NCBI RefSeq assembly: GCF_036971445.1
Contig: NC_091475.1
Coordinates: 15,624,001 to 15,688,000 of the forward strand
DNA: 64,000 nt
Origin: Narcine bancroftii
Taxonomy: Eukaryota
Direction of reading: 5' to 3'
Of this stretch, positions 42,110-53,859 are shown piece by piece. Numbering within the stretch: the first letter of the stretch is position 1; every line of letters starts with the position of its first letter. Both the position numbers and the translations under genes were made by a program. Below the pieces are notes generated by a model. It did not search any database, had not been told where the DNA came from, and saw only the letters and a program-made list of their open reading frames with translations.

Positions 42110-42255
42110 CTTCTTTCTTTCTTCTTTGGCTTGGCTTCGCGGACGAAGATTTATGGAGGGGTATGTCCACGTCTGCTGCAGGCTCGTTGGTGACTGACAA
42201 GTCCGATGCGGGACAGGCAGGCAAGGTTGCAGCGGTTGCAAGGGAAAATTGGTTG
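42110..42255 (-). mobile_element. RTE-clade LINE extreme 3' end
   Basis: Minus-strand FPCNRCN..CLSRIGLVSHQRAC zinc-finger-like end, followed by GCCAAGCCAAAGAAGAAAGAAAGAA tail. Confidence 0.75.
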
Positions 42256-43367
42256 TTATAACTTCCCCTAAATGCTCAAACACTTAAGAGGCTTGCATTC
42301 CGCTTACCCTTAATTATCATACACTACTTAGCAAAGCAAATGGAATAAGTGGAGAAAGAAACTATTTAAAAAAAAATCAATTATTAGAAGTTTTAAAAGA
42401 GATAAAACAAGTGTTGTTACCGGTAAAGGGACAAAAGGAGAACTTACAAATGAGGTCTGTAATAAAAAACATCTGACATTGAAACAAGACCAAGTTTCTC
42501 TTTTACTTTCCCAGTGTCTCCTTTCCTCTCGCTTCGCTCCCCTCCCTCTTCCTTCTCTTTCCTTTAAGAGTTACCCCCCCCCCATCACAACTCAAGCTTT
42601 TTCTCTTCTACCTGTGGGCCTGCACTCTTCCCCTGCCACTCCCTCCCTGCTCTCCTCTCCCCACATTTTTACTCAGAGGCCTGACTGGCTTTTGTTCATA
42701 CCTTGATGAAGGGATAAGGCCCAAAGTGTTGATTACCTGCTCTTCCTACAGATGCTGATTTTTAATCGGCACTTTTGAGTATTGCACAATCACAGGACTT
42801 GTTCAACTGGAAATACTCAGAACAGGCACCAAAAGCAGAGAGAACATTTTTTTGGGGGCTCAAGCACCTTTCACTTGGAGGAATTGTGTGGAGTTTGAAG
42901 GGCTTTGAGAAAGATCATGAATACAAGTAGAAATTGAGCAGTTGAGGGGTGAAAGAATAAAGGAAAATTAGAAAGCAATATGGGACCAAAAATTGGGCTG
43001 GAACTAATAAAAACACAATGTTAAAGGAACTCAGCTGGTCAAATTATGTATTTTACGTAGCAATATTACACAGAGTAGGCTGTTTAATCAGCTGAGTTTC
43101 TCCAGCATTGTTTTTTAACTCCAACCAGAGAGTCTGCCGACTTTCAGGTTTTACCTCAATTATCTTTTGTACTCAAGAAAAAACACATCCACAAAAGAGA
43201 GAAATGTAAAGAAATAAAGAAATATAAACAAACTGAATGGATGGATGGCAGCTGTTTCTGAACCTGGTGCTTCTAGACTTGTGGCACCTATACTGCTTTC
43301 CTGATGTTATTAGCATGTCGTGGGTGGTGTGGATCCTTGATGATTGCTGCTGCTCTCTGACAGCAGT

Positions 43368-44487
43368 TGTCCTGGGTAAACTTGTACCTCTCACTTTGTT
43401 CGTTTTAGATTGGTCAGTGTTTGAGCTACCGAAACACCGAGAGCAGTTCAGTTTATACAAATGTTTATTACAAATTCAAAAGCTGATTTCAAACTACAAT
43501 ATGCAAGCCATTCCCAATTATACTTATCAACGCCTGGACTGGTCCCAACTGCTGAAGCGAGGCAATGACTCTTGTACACACTTGTAGTAGGTTGTCGGTG
43601 CGCCGGTAGCAGCTTCTCCACCTCCCCCGACTGGGACGTTAGCTGGACTCTAGAAGTTCTTCTTCTTGCTGAGAGACGTTCCCACCCCTCAGAGAGTCTT
43701 CACTTCAGCAGCGGGACCATGGCTTATATTACCCAAAAATTGTTTACTCATAGTTTATCTCTTTGAATAAATGATTTAAATATCTTCAAGGTCTCCTGAC
43801 AGTCTGCAACCAACAAAAGACAACTGCATCTCTGGGCCTCATGGTGGAATTTAGATTATGTCTCCTGATGCAACTGCATCCCTTCTTGCATAAGCTGGTA
43901 TAAATCCTCCATTACATTCCACTCCTTGGTCGCAGCCTGTCACTTACGAGACCTTACAAGCATTTGAGTACAGAAGGAACGGAAAAGAGAAACTAAAATT
44001 ATAATAATCACAAAAATAAGCAATAATGCGAGCAACCAACGGAGAATATTGTGGTCCAATCCCTCAAATGTACCAGCGAACCATGAAAAAGGATTTCAAT
44101 CAAGGCTCAAACTATCCTTGTGGGCCACAATACCCAGACGCTGAAGCTCACGAACAGATTTTGAAAAATACTGAACCATATCAGATATATTAGTGGATAC
44201 ATCGGGCTGTGTCCCCCCCACGGGCAACTCCCTCGGAACGTCCTCAACATTACAAATCCAATTGCTGGCATCAAAGCAACTGTTAAGCCAGATTAGCAGG
44301 AGCACAAGACTATGTCTTTATGATGCTGCTGTGACCAACAAAAGACAACTGCATCTCTGGGCCTCATGGTGTAAATTAGATTATGTCTTCCTATATTCAA
44401 CAGCATCCCTGGGCCCCATATTGGAATTTAGATTATGTCTTCTGATGCATCCCTTCTTGCATAAGCTGGTCTAAATCCTCCATTACA
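43368..44487 (-). mobile_element. Internally deleted LTR element (ERV-like) with 5-bp TSD GCAGT
   Basis: TG...CA ends and GCAGT on both sides (43363-43367, 44488-44492). Partial 5' LTR, internal fragment, purine tract AAGGAGTGGAA, then a full 3' LTR at 43916-43368. Confidence 0.88.
43940..44305 (-). pseudogene. Env/TM-like membrane protein remnant inside the LTR element
   Basis: ...NISDMVQYFSKSVRELQRL...LD*NPFSWFAGTFEGLDHNILRWLLALLLIFVIIIILVSLFRSFCTQMLVRSRK*. Amphipathic helix, aromatic membrane-proximal segment, TM helix and short basic tail, ending just before the purine tract. Confidence 0.6.
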
Positions 44488-47351
44488 GCAGTGTATCATG
44501 GAGTGATACCCACTCAGTGGAATTGGTGCTCCTCTCTCCCCCCCCCCCCCCCCAAACCAGGCGGTAAAGCAGCTGGTCAGCACTTTCCATTGAAGTTTGC
44601 CAAAGTTTCCGATGACATACCGAACCTCTGCAAACACCTGAGGAAGTAAAGGCGCTAACATGCTTTCTTCACGATGATGTTAGTGGGTCCAGGAAAGGTC
44701 CTCTGAGATGGTGACTCCCAGGGATTTAAATTTGCTCACCCTCTCCATTTCTGATCCCCCAAATATCATTGCATTGTACACCTCTGGTTTTTCCCTTCCT
44801 AAAGTCTACAATCAGCTTCTTGTTTATCGGGGGCATTGAGTGAGAGGTACACCATTCAGCCAACCTTTCTATCTCCCTTCTGTATGCTCGCCAGAGCCAC
44901 CCTCACCAATCCTGGTCAAAGTCATGAACATGTCATGAAATTTGTTGTTTTGCAGCAGTTTCACAGTGCAAATATTTAATATAAACCACCTGGCTAAATA
45001 AATAAATAGTGCAAGAAAAAAATCAAAGTAAGGCAGTGCTTGAGGTTCATTGTTCATTCAGGGATCTGCTGACAGCAGGGAAGAAGCCGTCCTTGTGCCA
45101 CTGAGTGCTCATATTCAGGCTCCTGACCCTTTTTCCCGATGGTAGCAGAGTGAAGAGAGCATGGCCTGGGTGGTGGGGGACTTTGAGGATAGAGGCTGCT
45201 TGCCCAAGACACTACCTTTTGTAGATATCCTCGATGGAGTGAAGACTGGTGTCTGTGATGTCGCAGGCCAAGTTAACAACCCTCTGGAGTTTTTATTTCC
45301 TGTCCTGAGCGCTGGCATCTCCGTACCAGACAGTGATGCAACCAGCCAGAATGCTCTCCACGGTATATCTGTACAAGTTTACAAGTCTTCGGTGATATAC
45401 CGAATCTCCTCAAACTCTGCACCAAGTATAGCCGCTGGTGAGCCTTCTTCCAGATCGCATCGACATGGAGGCTCCGGGACAGATCTTCGGAGACGTTGAC
45501 ACCAAGGAATTTGAAGTTCTTGATCCTATCCAGTTTTTTTTTACAGAAATAAAGGCCGAGAAAGTAGCATCTTTATAAATCTTATGTGACCAGTTAACCA
45601 GCAAGTCTTCAACATAATGCAAGGTTCAGGAAGCTGCATTTCAAACAGCATGGATCACACTATATACAAAATCATAATTTTCATATTAATTGTTGGCATT
45701 TTTACATTTTTGTCAATAAAAAATTGCTTTGAAAACATGTCAGATTCAATTTAAAAACATCAAAGTCCCCCACATTTATGCAAACCTAGTATTTGCAATG
45801 ATCATGTCCCCTTGCTGATATTAAGTTGATTCATAAAATAAATTAAAGGGCTCAACATGCTGGCAAAATACCCATTGCCTCTCATACAACCACTCAAGCA
45901 TAAACATAGACACTTTTGTTTAACCAATGTAAACTTGTACAATTATTTTTGTCTTAATCGAACATTATATTTTTGTTGTGGAATATTTTAGTAAGGGCAA
46001 ATTCAACATTTATTTCAATGCATACAGCAAAATTGATCAAATAGCCCATAAATTTGTTGCATTTAAAGCAGAAGAATGTGCATACTGAACAGATAATTAA
46101 ATGTAATTGAAGTAAATCAATTGATAACCTGAAATTCATTTTTGGGAAACACCCATCTTTGTTTTCACTCCAGACTTTGCATTGAGTGCAGGAGCAGGGA
46201 AGTCACAAAGCAAATGCACAGAACAATAATGAGACTGCATTTGGTCCGTTATGCAGTTTTGGTCACCCAGTGAAGGATATCATGAAGCTGGAAGGTGGTG
46301 GGACTTTTCTCCCTGGAGCAAAGAGTTTGGGGTGGGGGCAGGGCAGGAAACCTTGTAGAGGTTTACAAAATCAGTAGATAAGGTAAATAGCCATATCCTC
46401 CACCCCCCCCCCCCCCCCCACCACAGTTGGTGAGCCTAAAATTACAGGGCACAGATTTAAGGTGAGAGCAAAGATTTAAAAAGGATCGGAGGGGCACCTT
46501 CTTCACACAGAGGGTGGTGAGTACATGGAATGAGCTGCCAGGGGAAAATGATAGCAGTGGGATAATTATTATATTAAAAAGACAGATACAAAGATAGGAG
46601 ACGGTTAAAGGGATATGGGCTGAATGCGCGCAAATGGGACCAGCTTGGTCTCCGAGAACAAGGTGGGCCAAAGGGTGTGTTTCTGTGAATAAGAATACTA
46701 TGACTTTTCTGTACTTTAGTCAGATTTTGCTGATGAGAAGTAACTTAATCATGATCAGATTAAAAAGATAATTACATTTGAAATTCAGAGTGCAAATGAG
46801 TGGTCCTAAGATGTTAATTTCCAAACACGTTTACTTTTTATTTTTATGATCCAATTTAGCATTTAATGTTCTTTATTGTAAATGCCTTGTTATTACATAT
46901 TGAAAATGTTGAAACATCTTTCATTGGACCATCTTGCACTGCAAAGGACTAAAATTCATGAACATTAGCATCAGAAAGTCCTTCTTGTATAAATTGCTTT
47001 GTTGTACAGGTACTGGTTTTAGGATTGAGATTTCTGGACAGTGCCATTGACCCAGACTAAAAGCACATCAAATTGAAATGACTGACAAGATCCTATCCAC
47101 TGTTGAGCCCCTGATAAGGACTGGTTCCTGATACGTGGTCCCCTCCCATCAGCCAATCCCCAGCAATGTTTCCTGCCCTGTCTTATCCCAGGCACCTCCT
47201 AATTGGCGAGGTGATGTTTTCGCACCCCCCCCCCACCCCCCTCAGTTTCCCGGCACCTGTCCCTTTCAACCTCCATGATCTTGGCTACCCGCCAAGGTGT
47301 AAACGATGGACAGTAGGACCCCGTGGAGGACTGGAAGCCCGCTCCTCTACT

Positions 47352-47690
47352 TTTTTAAAAAAAACTACAAACTTTATTCAAAACTCCAAATTCCAAGGCA
47401 CAAACCACACACACAGAGCTACAACCAACCAAAATTGCGAGAAGCAGTAATCACCTTCACCTCTCTGTTCCACTGTATTCAGGTCAAATTAAAACACGAT
47501 TTTCAGCCACAATCACACACGCAATCCCTTGGGATGCCCACCATTCCCGGAACTCGGCCACCGACCCTTCGCACACCATGTGCTCCCTCTCCAACAGGCA
47601 CAGGCCCGGACGTAACGCCGAAAGAGGGGCAGAAAGTCAGTTCGCCCCCTCCCCTCCTCAATCGCCCTGCGAATAGCCACCCCCCCCCCC
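47352..47690 (-). mobile_element. Tx1-like LINE 3' end
   Basis: Minus-strand RTDFLPLFRRYVRA C-terminal remnant, then AATAAA and an A-rich end. Confidence 0.55.
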
Positions 47691-48200
47691 CTCATAGAGA
47701 TCCCGACCCCCCCACACTTCCGCACTGTGCGACCGGAGAGCGGGACTGAAACGCCGCGCAGCCAGTGACAGGCAGCCGGGGTGTTGTTGAACCGGCTCAA
47801 GAAGTGGTTACACCGCACGGCTTGGCGCCATCCAACCCCCCACCGCCCCCCCCCCCGCCCCGAGTTCCCGCCACCATGTGCACAAACGAGCCGAAAGGCA
47901 GCACAGAGACAGCTTCTTCCCCTCTGCCATCAGAATGATCAAGGAACCGAATCTCGGGCTCCAGCCCGAAACGTTGGGGATGGATCTTTACCTTTGCTGT
48001 CTGACCTGAGTTTCTCCAGCATTCTCCCCCCTCCCCCCTCCCCCTCCCCACCCACCCCAACTTAACCACCGGCGTCCACAGAATCCTGTTTTACCAAGGA
48101 ACCAAAGAAAGTGCCTTACTCTTCATGCACTTTTGCTTTTATATTTCCTGCTGTCAGGTGGCACCATGATGCTGCGGCCGCACAACACCGACTTGCTCAC

Positions 48201-48797
48201 GACCCCCCGACCCAAAGGTCGCCCGAGGCTCTGCATTTGGACCCCCCCGACCCAAAGGTCGCCCGAGGCTCTGCATTTGGACCCCCCCCGACCCAAAAGT
48301 CGCCCGAGGCTCTGCACTTGGACCCCCCCGACCCAAAGGTCGCCAGAGGCTCTGCATTTGGACCCCCGACTCAAAGGTCGCCCGAGGCTCTGCACTTGGA
48401 CCCCCCCGACCCAAAGGTCGCCAGAGGCTCTGCATTTGGACCCCCGACTCAAAGGTCGCCCGAGGCTCTGCATTTGGACCCCCCCGACCCAAAAGTCGCC
48501 CGAGGCTCTGCACTTGGACCCCCCCGACCCAAAGGTCGCCAGAGGCTCTGCATTTGGACCCCCGACTCAAAGGTCGCCCGAGGCTCTGCACTTGGACCCC
48601 CCCCGACCCAAAGGTCGCCAGAGGCTCTGCATTTGGACCCCCGACTCAAAGGTCGCCCGAGGCTCTGCACTTGGACCCCCCCGACCCAAAGGTCGCCAGA
48701 GGCTCTGCATTTGGACCCCCGACTCAAAGGTCGCCCGAGGCTCTGCACTTGGACCCCCCCCGACCCAAAAGTCGCCAGAGGCTCTGCACTTGGGACC
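48201..48797. repeat. ~40-bp GC-rich minisatellite, ~15 copies, at the 5' end of the CBR-A intron
   Basis: Unit GACCCCCC(C)GAC(C/T)CAAAGGTCGCC(C/A)GAGGCTCTGCA(T/C)TTG. Confidence 0.97.
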
Positions 48798-48823
48798 GAG
48801 CGTTTGATTTCAAAGCTGCTCAC

Positions 48824-49217
48824 CCAGAGGCTTGACGATGGGGAGGAGTTCGGTGCACATCTCCCTGGTGCTGAAGAAGTTGGTTTTCATGGTCACTTCA
48901 GCTTGGACTCCGAACGGGGCGGTGTCCGCCACTTTGAAGGCGATGCCGGCGTTGTTGACCAGGACATCGATGCCTCCGTAGTTCTTCAGCATGAACTCGC
49001 GGAGCTTTCGGATGCTCAGTGGATCGTCGATGTCCAGCTGGTGGAAAAGCGGCTTCAGCTGCTCCTGCTGCAGCTTCTGCACCGCCTGCTCCCCGCGGCC
49101 CTGGTCCCGGGCCGTCAGGAAGACGTCGCCGTCGAACTGGCGGCAGAGAGCCCGCACCACCTCCAGCCCGATGCCCTTGTTGGAGCCGCTCACCACCGCC
49201 ACTCGCTTGCCGGTCAT
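48824..49217 (-). CDS. CBR1: Carbonyl reductase [NADPH] 1-like, copy A, exon 1
   Basis: MTGKRVAVVSGSNKGIG...LDID...GGIDVLVNNAGIAFKVADTAPFGVQAEVTMKTNFFSTREMCTELLPIVKPL(G). SDR Rossmann motif GxxxGIG and NNAG present. 394 nt, donor GTGAGC. Confidence 0.96.
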
Positions 49218-49229
49218 GTTCGGCTCTTC

Positions 49230-49730
49230 CTGAGAACGCGCGCGCGGAGGCGGGGCTTTGGAATCGAGCCTGCCGGGCGGGAAGGCGCATGCGCGCCGAC
49301 GTCTGGGCGGCCCCGACGCGAAAGCGGAGGCCGCTGGGCTGGATGAACTCGGCAGGTTTCCCGCCGCAGCGCCTGTGGGGGGGGGTAAAGACACCCCTCA
49401 GAAGGATTAAACTTTATTCGATATAAACTATGTTCAAAGGAAAACCACGTGCATGAAAGTCTGCGGATACCATGATGGAAGCCATTTCCGATCGGGCCTC
49501 CGCCGCTACGTCATTTCCGCCTCCGGTCCCCTCGTTCAGGGGTCTGCAGCCCGCGTCTCTCACTCATCCCTCTGCCGTGGAAATCACGTGCATGAAAGTC
49601 TGCGGACACCGTGGTGGAAGCCATTTCCGTTCGGGCCTCTGCCGTCTACGTCATTTCCGCCTCCGGTCCCCTCGTTCAGGGGTCTGCAGTCCGCGGCTCT
49701 CTCTCATCCCTCTGCCGTGGAAACCACAGT
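49230..49730 (-). promoter_or_regulatory. CpG-island promoter of CBR copy A
   Basis: NRF1-type GCGCATGCGC at 49285-49294, GC boxes, and a ~140-bp direct duplication. Each duplicated unit carries CACGTG and TACGTCATTTCCG (CRE half-site plus ETS core). Confidence 0.7.
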
Positions 49731-50429
49731 AAATGTCTATTTTATTTAATTTTTTTAAAAGTTTTATCAATACAATAATTATTAATTTCGAGGATTAAGG
49801 TGATCTTGTAACATTAAAACGTCAATTAAAATTTGCGTCACAGCCCTATAGTGGTTGATACCACTGTATGCATTGCCTGTTGCCACCCGGCGTGACCCAT
49901 CCCCACCCCCCTCCCCCTCCCCATCCCCCTCCCCATCCCAACCCCCACCCCCCTCCCCATCCCCATACCTCCCCATCCCCACCACGGTAAGCTAACCATG
50001 CATCAATCCCAATAAAGAACTCCGACGAAATCTGCAAATTCAGGTAGTTTTGTGGCCAGGCACGGTGAGCCGTTCACAGATGGGGAAATTGGTTATCAAG
50101 ATATCAGAACATCTATTCTCAGACTTCAAAAACAACCATATAACCGTTTACAGCGCGGAAACAGGCCATAACGGCGCTTCGAGTCCGCACCAGTTCACTA
50201 GAACACCTCCACTAGTACTCCCCCCCCACTTCCCACTCTCCGCCCATAACTCCCCAACCCCCTCATATCCAAGTACACATTCAACCTTCTCTTAAATGAC
50301 AGACAGGATTCTGCCGCAACGATCTCTGGAAACTCATTCCATTCTGCCACCACGCTGAGTGAAGCAGTATCATCATAACATTTTTCCTAAAGTTTTGCTC
50401 CCTTACCCTTATGCTCTCTTGTTCCAACC

Positions 50430-52014
50430 TGATGTATGTGATATTCAGCAAATAGCGCAATTATGCAGATATGTGAATTCTGCAGGGCCACAAGAAGAAA
50501 TCATTGAGTTGATACCACTTTAAGGCCCAACATGGGGGGAGTGTCAGTGGCTACTGATGGGGTACCATGTATGACAGGAGCACAGAAGGGGTTTGGGACT
50601 AATTCAGAAGTCGCTAGATGGAAAACTGCTGATGTTTCACTGCATCAAGAGGCATTGTGCACTCAAACGTTTCCTCTGGAATGCACAGAAGTAATGAATC
50701 TTGTCACACAGATAGTGAACAAAATAATGGCAAAAGAATTAAACCACAGACAGTTCAGTTCATTATTGGAAGAAATTGTAAGCATAATGTCTGGTGGCTG
50801 TCCAAAGGGGAGATGCCGAAGTGGTTTGCAGCGTGCCTGGAGCTTGTAAAAACTTTCCTGGAAAGTAAAGGGCTCACCTTTCCGGAGCTAAAACAGCCAG
50901 ATGGGCTGGAAAAGCTGTACTTTGTGGTGGATGTGACCGTGCACCTTAAAATGCTGAACAAAAGTCTTCAGGGAAAAGGAGGCAATGCAAACTGCGTTTG
51001 GGGAAAGATGCTGTGAGTTCAGAGAGGAAAAATACTTTGTCCTTCCCTGTCACTCCTCTAAACATCGATTTATCCCTGTTGAATATGACTGCATTTACAG
51101 ATGTAAGTCAACCTGATCTTGAGATCTAACTGGCTGATATAAGACTTATGGATGTCTAAGTTCAGAAGCTTGACAGCTGATCTTGAAGATATAACTCATT
51201 CTTGCTCAGAAGCACAAATGGAGTGAAATTGAAAACCTCCCCAAACCGGTCAAGCGTATTCTAAACATGGAATTCAATTCCCGACTCTTATATGAACATG
51301 AAAAAAATATGCATTCGGAGTCCTGTCGATCTTCAGATCCACAGACTTATGTGAGCAGGTTTTCTCCAGCATGAACTACATAAAAAGCTAGCGCCTCACG
51401 GATGACGTCATGCAATCTTGCATGAAGATCAAAGTGATATCTTACAGCCCTGATAATGATCAGCTGTGCAGTGAGGTTCAGGAGCAGAAATCATATTAAT
51501 CTGGTGAAATAAATAATTGAATGAGTTATTATTTTGCAAATATACATTTTGAAATTGGAGCCTGAACTGATGTAGTTGTGATTTATATTTAGGTTGGCGG
51601 TTGGCTGCTGTAGCTACGCGACTGAGGAAATCAACAGATGTCGGCAACCTTCAGAATAAAGTACACACCGGCATTTTTTTGTTTGCTCTTTTTAATTAAA
51701 GCAAATTTTTTTTTAAAATTCCACAACTAAGGGATGGACTCAACCAGGCCTGTATTATGTATTTTTATTTGAAACTTATATGTGCTTTGTTACAAACAGA
51801 AACAAAATGTCAGTTGTTTTATGTTTGTAGTTCCTTTATTTCATAAATATGCTATGTATGTAAGGACTATAATTTGTTATAAGTGTAATGAAACTATATA
51901 TGCAGTCTTTTCTTAATTTTAGGGATCAAGCTGATTTTGTGGCTCCAGATGGGTTTTATTTGATGGGAAACAGGCCCAAATAGCTCTTTTAATTCTGAAG
52001 GTTGCCGACCCCTG
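50430..52014 (+). mobile_element. hAT (Charlie/Buster-like) transposon, decayed 3' part
   Basis: Frameshifted transposase motifs SVATDGVPCMTG, LHQEALC, VWWLSKG and STDLCEQVFSSMNYIK (hAT dimerisation domain). Terminal AAGGTTGCCGACCCCTG TIR. Confidence 0.88.
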
Positions 52015-53422
52015 CCTAGTTTTAGCTTTCTCTTCCCTCTCCTTTCACAGGACCAAAAATCACTTCTCACCTTTCCTCTTGTTTGTTGGTCTGGACTCCT
52101 TCCCCTCCCATTCTTCCCTTTCTCTCTATTGAGACATCCACCTGTTTTTTGTTTTTGCTTATACAGTACTTTGAAGAGGGGCTCAAGCTCAAAATATTAT
52201 TAACACATCTATCTCCTATGAATGCTTTTGGCCATTATGTCTGGACAAGCTTCTACTCTCTTCCCATATCAGGTCTTAGTTTTTTCCTCTTCCACCTGTT
52301 ACCTCTTACCTGTTAGCCTGTGTTTCTTCCCCTTTCTCTCCTCCTCCCCCCACTATTTTATTTGGGTGTTGGCCTGTTTTTTTTCCTTACTCCTGACACA
52401 GGACCCAGGCAGGCCCAAACGCTGGTTACCCTTTTCTTCCCGTGGATGCTGCGTGACCTGCTGAGTTTCTCTAGCACATTTGTGTATTTCACACCACCAT
52501 CGAGCCTCCCCCTCTATCTAATTCAATTTCTGGTAGATTATGAGGGACTGCCTCTGGTGTTAAGGTATTTATAGATTGAAAACAAGAGTGTCATAAAATT
52601 TAAAAATTAATTTGGAAACTCACTCTATGTATTCATCACTCTGCATGAAAGATATTCCCTTCAGGCCCCCTTTTGAAAATCTGCCACCCTCAATCCCCTA
52701 CACTCTAGTAAGTAACAATCAAAACCTATCATTGTTGTGAATCTTTACTGCACCTTTTCCAGTTTTGTAACACACAAACCCACGCACTAATTCCATTTAC
52801 CTGGTCATTATTCAATTCAGTTTTTTGTCTGTAGTATTCAATACCTTGCTTATTCAAGTGGTTGTTTGGGTTCTTCTTGAATGTTACAAGAGTATTTGCC
52901 CCCACCATGTGCTCAGGGAGTGATTTTGGATTATCAGGAATAAAACATAGAACACAGATGCTGCAGGAAAGAGTAGCATGAACAAATTGAATTAATGCTT
53001 TATGATTAGTTCAAAGGTTTTTAAGCAATGAAGAAAGATCTAATTGAAATTAAACCAAAGTTTCTTCATGACATTAGATGTCTCACACAAGCTCACTGGC
53101 ATACTTCATTGTCATGGTTTTTCAAAAGTACATGCACATACATGTGCAAACATAGCTCAGTGCCTTGAGAATCTGAGCTGCTAATCCATTTCCTTTACTG
53201 CCTTGAAGAATTGCTTCCTGGTACTGTCTCCAGAGAAAAGAATAAAACCACAATAGGTAGGATTAAATGATTAATCTTTATTGAAAAATCAAGGCAAATG
53301 AATTGAGTAAACAAAGTTATAAATCAGTATGAATCAAAGGATCTGAGTTAGTAAATAAAGAATATCCTTAAAACTTTGTACTCTCCATTTATTTTTAGTG
53401 CCCTTTGCTTCACCCTGCTGGT

Positions 53423-53859
53423 TTACCATTCCTGAACAATTTTATTGTACACAAACTCTCCATGTGGGGCTTCTGCACCTGCTGCTAGAAGGGCTAAATA
53501 AACTGGGGTCACAGCACCTTCTTCTGCAGTGCCAGGGGCATTGGGACCTGCCATATCAGTTTTCACCCAACCAGGACAACAAGCATTCAAGAGGATCTTG
53601 TCGGCTGGCCTTTCTTTGCTCAGCCTTCGGGCGTAGATCATTGACAGGACTGTAACACCCAGCTTTGTCACCCCATAGGCTGAGGAAGGCCAGCCTTGTT
53701 CAGCGTGTACCCCATTTTTAGCATCTTCAACAAACTTCATCATCAACTTCACCAGTTCTTCCTCGGTGATCGTAGAACTGCGGAATTTCTCTTGGAGTTC
53801 TGAGCTGCAATTCTTCAGTGCTCCAGTGCCAGATTGGCTCGATACATTCACCACTCTCC
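53423..53859 (-). CDS. CBR1: Carbonyl reductase 1-like, copy B, exon 2
   Basis: GRVVNVSSQSG...AYGVTK...NACCPGWVKTDMAG...VQEW*. 437 nt. Joined CDS is 278 aa, intact. Confidence 0.95.

Noticed and set aside
44096-44098. In-frame TGA in the Env-like ORF as selenocysteine or readthrough
   Set aside because: A TGG-to-TGA mutation in a decayed element is simpler, and no SECIS is evident.
48111-49346. 411-aa plus-strand ORF, the longest in the window
   Set aside because: It consists of the 40-bp minisatellite plus the antisense of GC-rich CBR exon 1, starts with a non-ATG codon and has no recognisable domain.
48810-49394. N-terminal extension of CBR-A in the ORF track
   Set aside because: Non-ATG start running through promoter sequence. 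The ATG at 49217 gives a normal-length 276-aa CBR.
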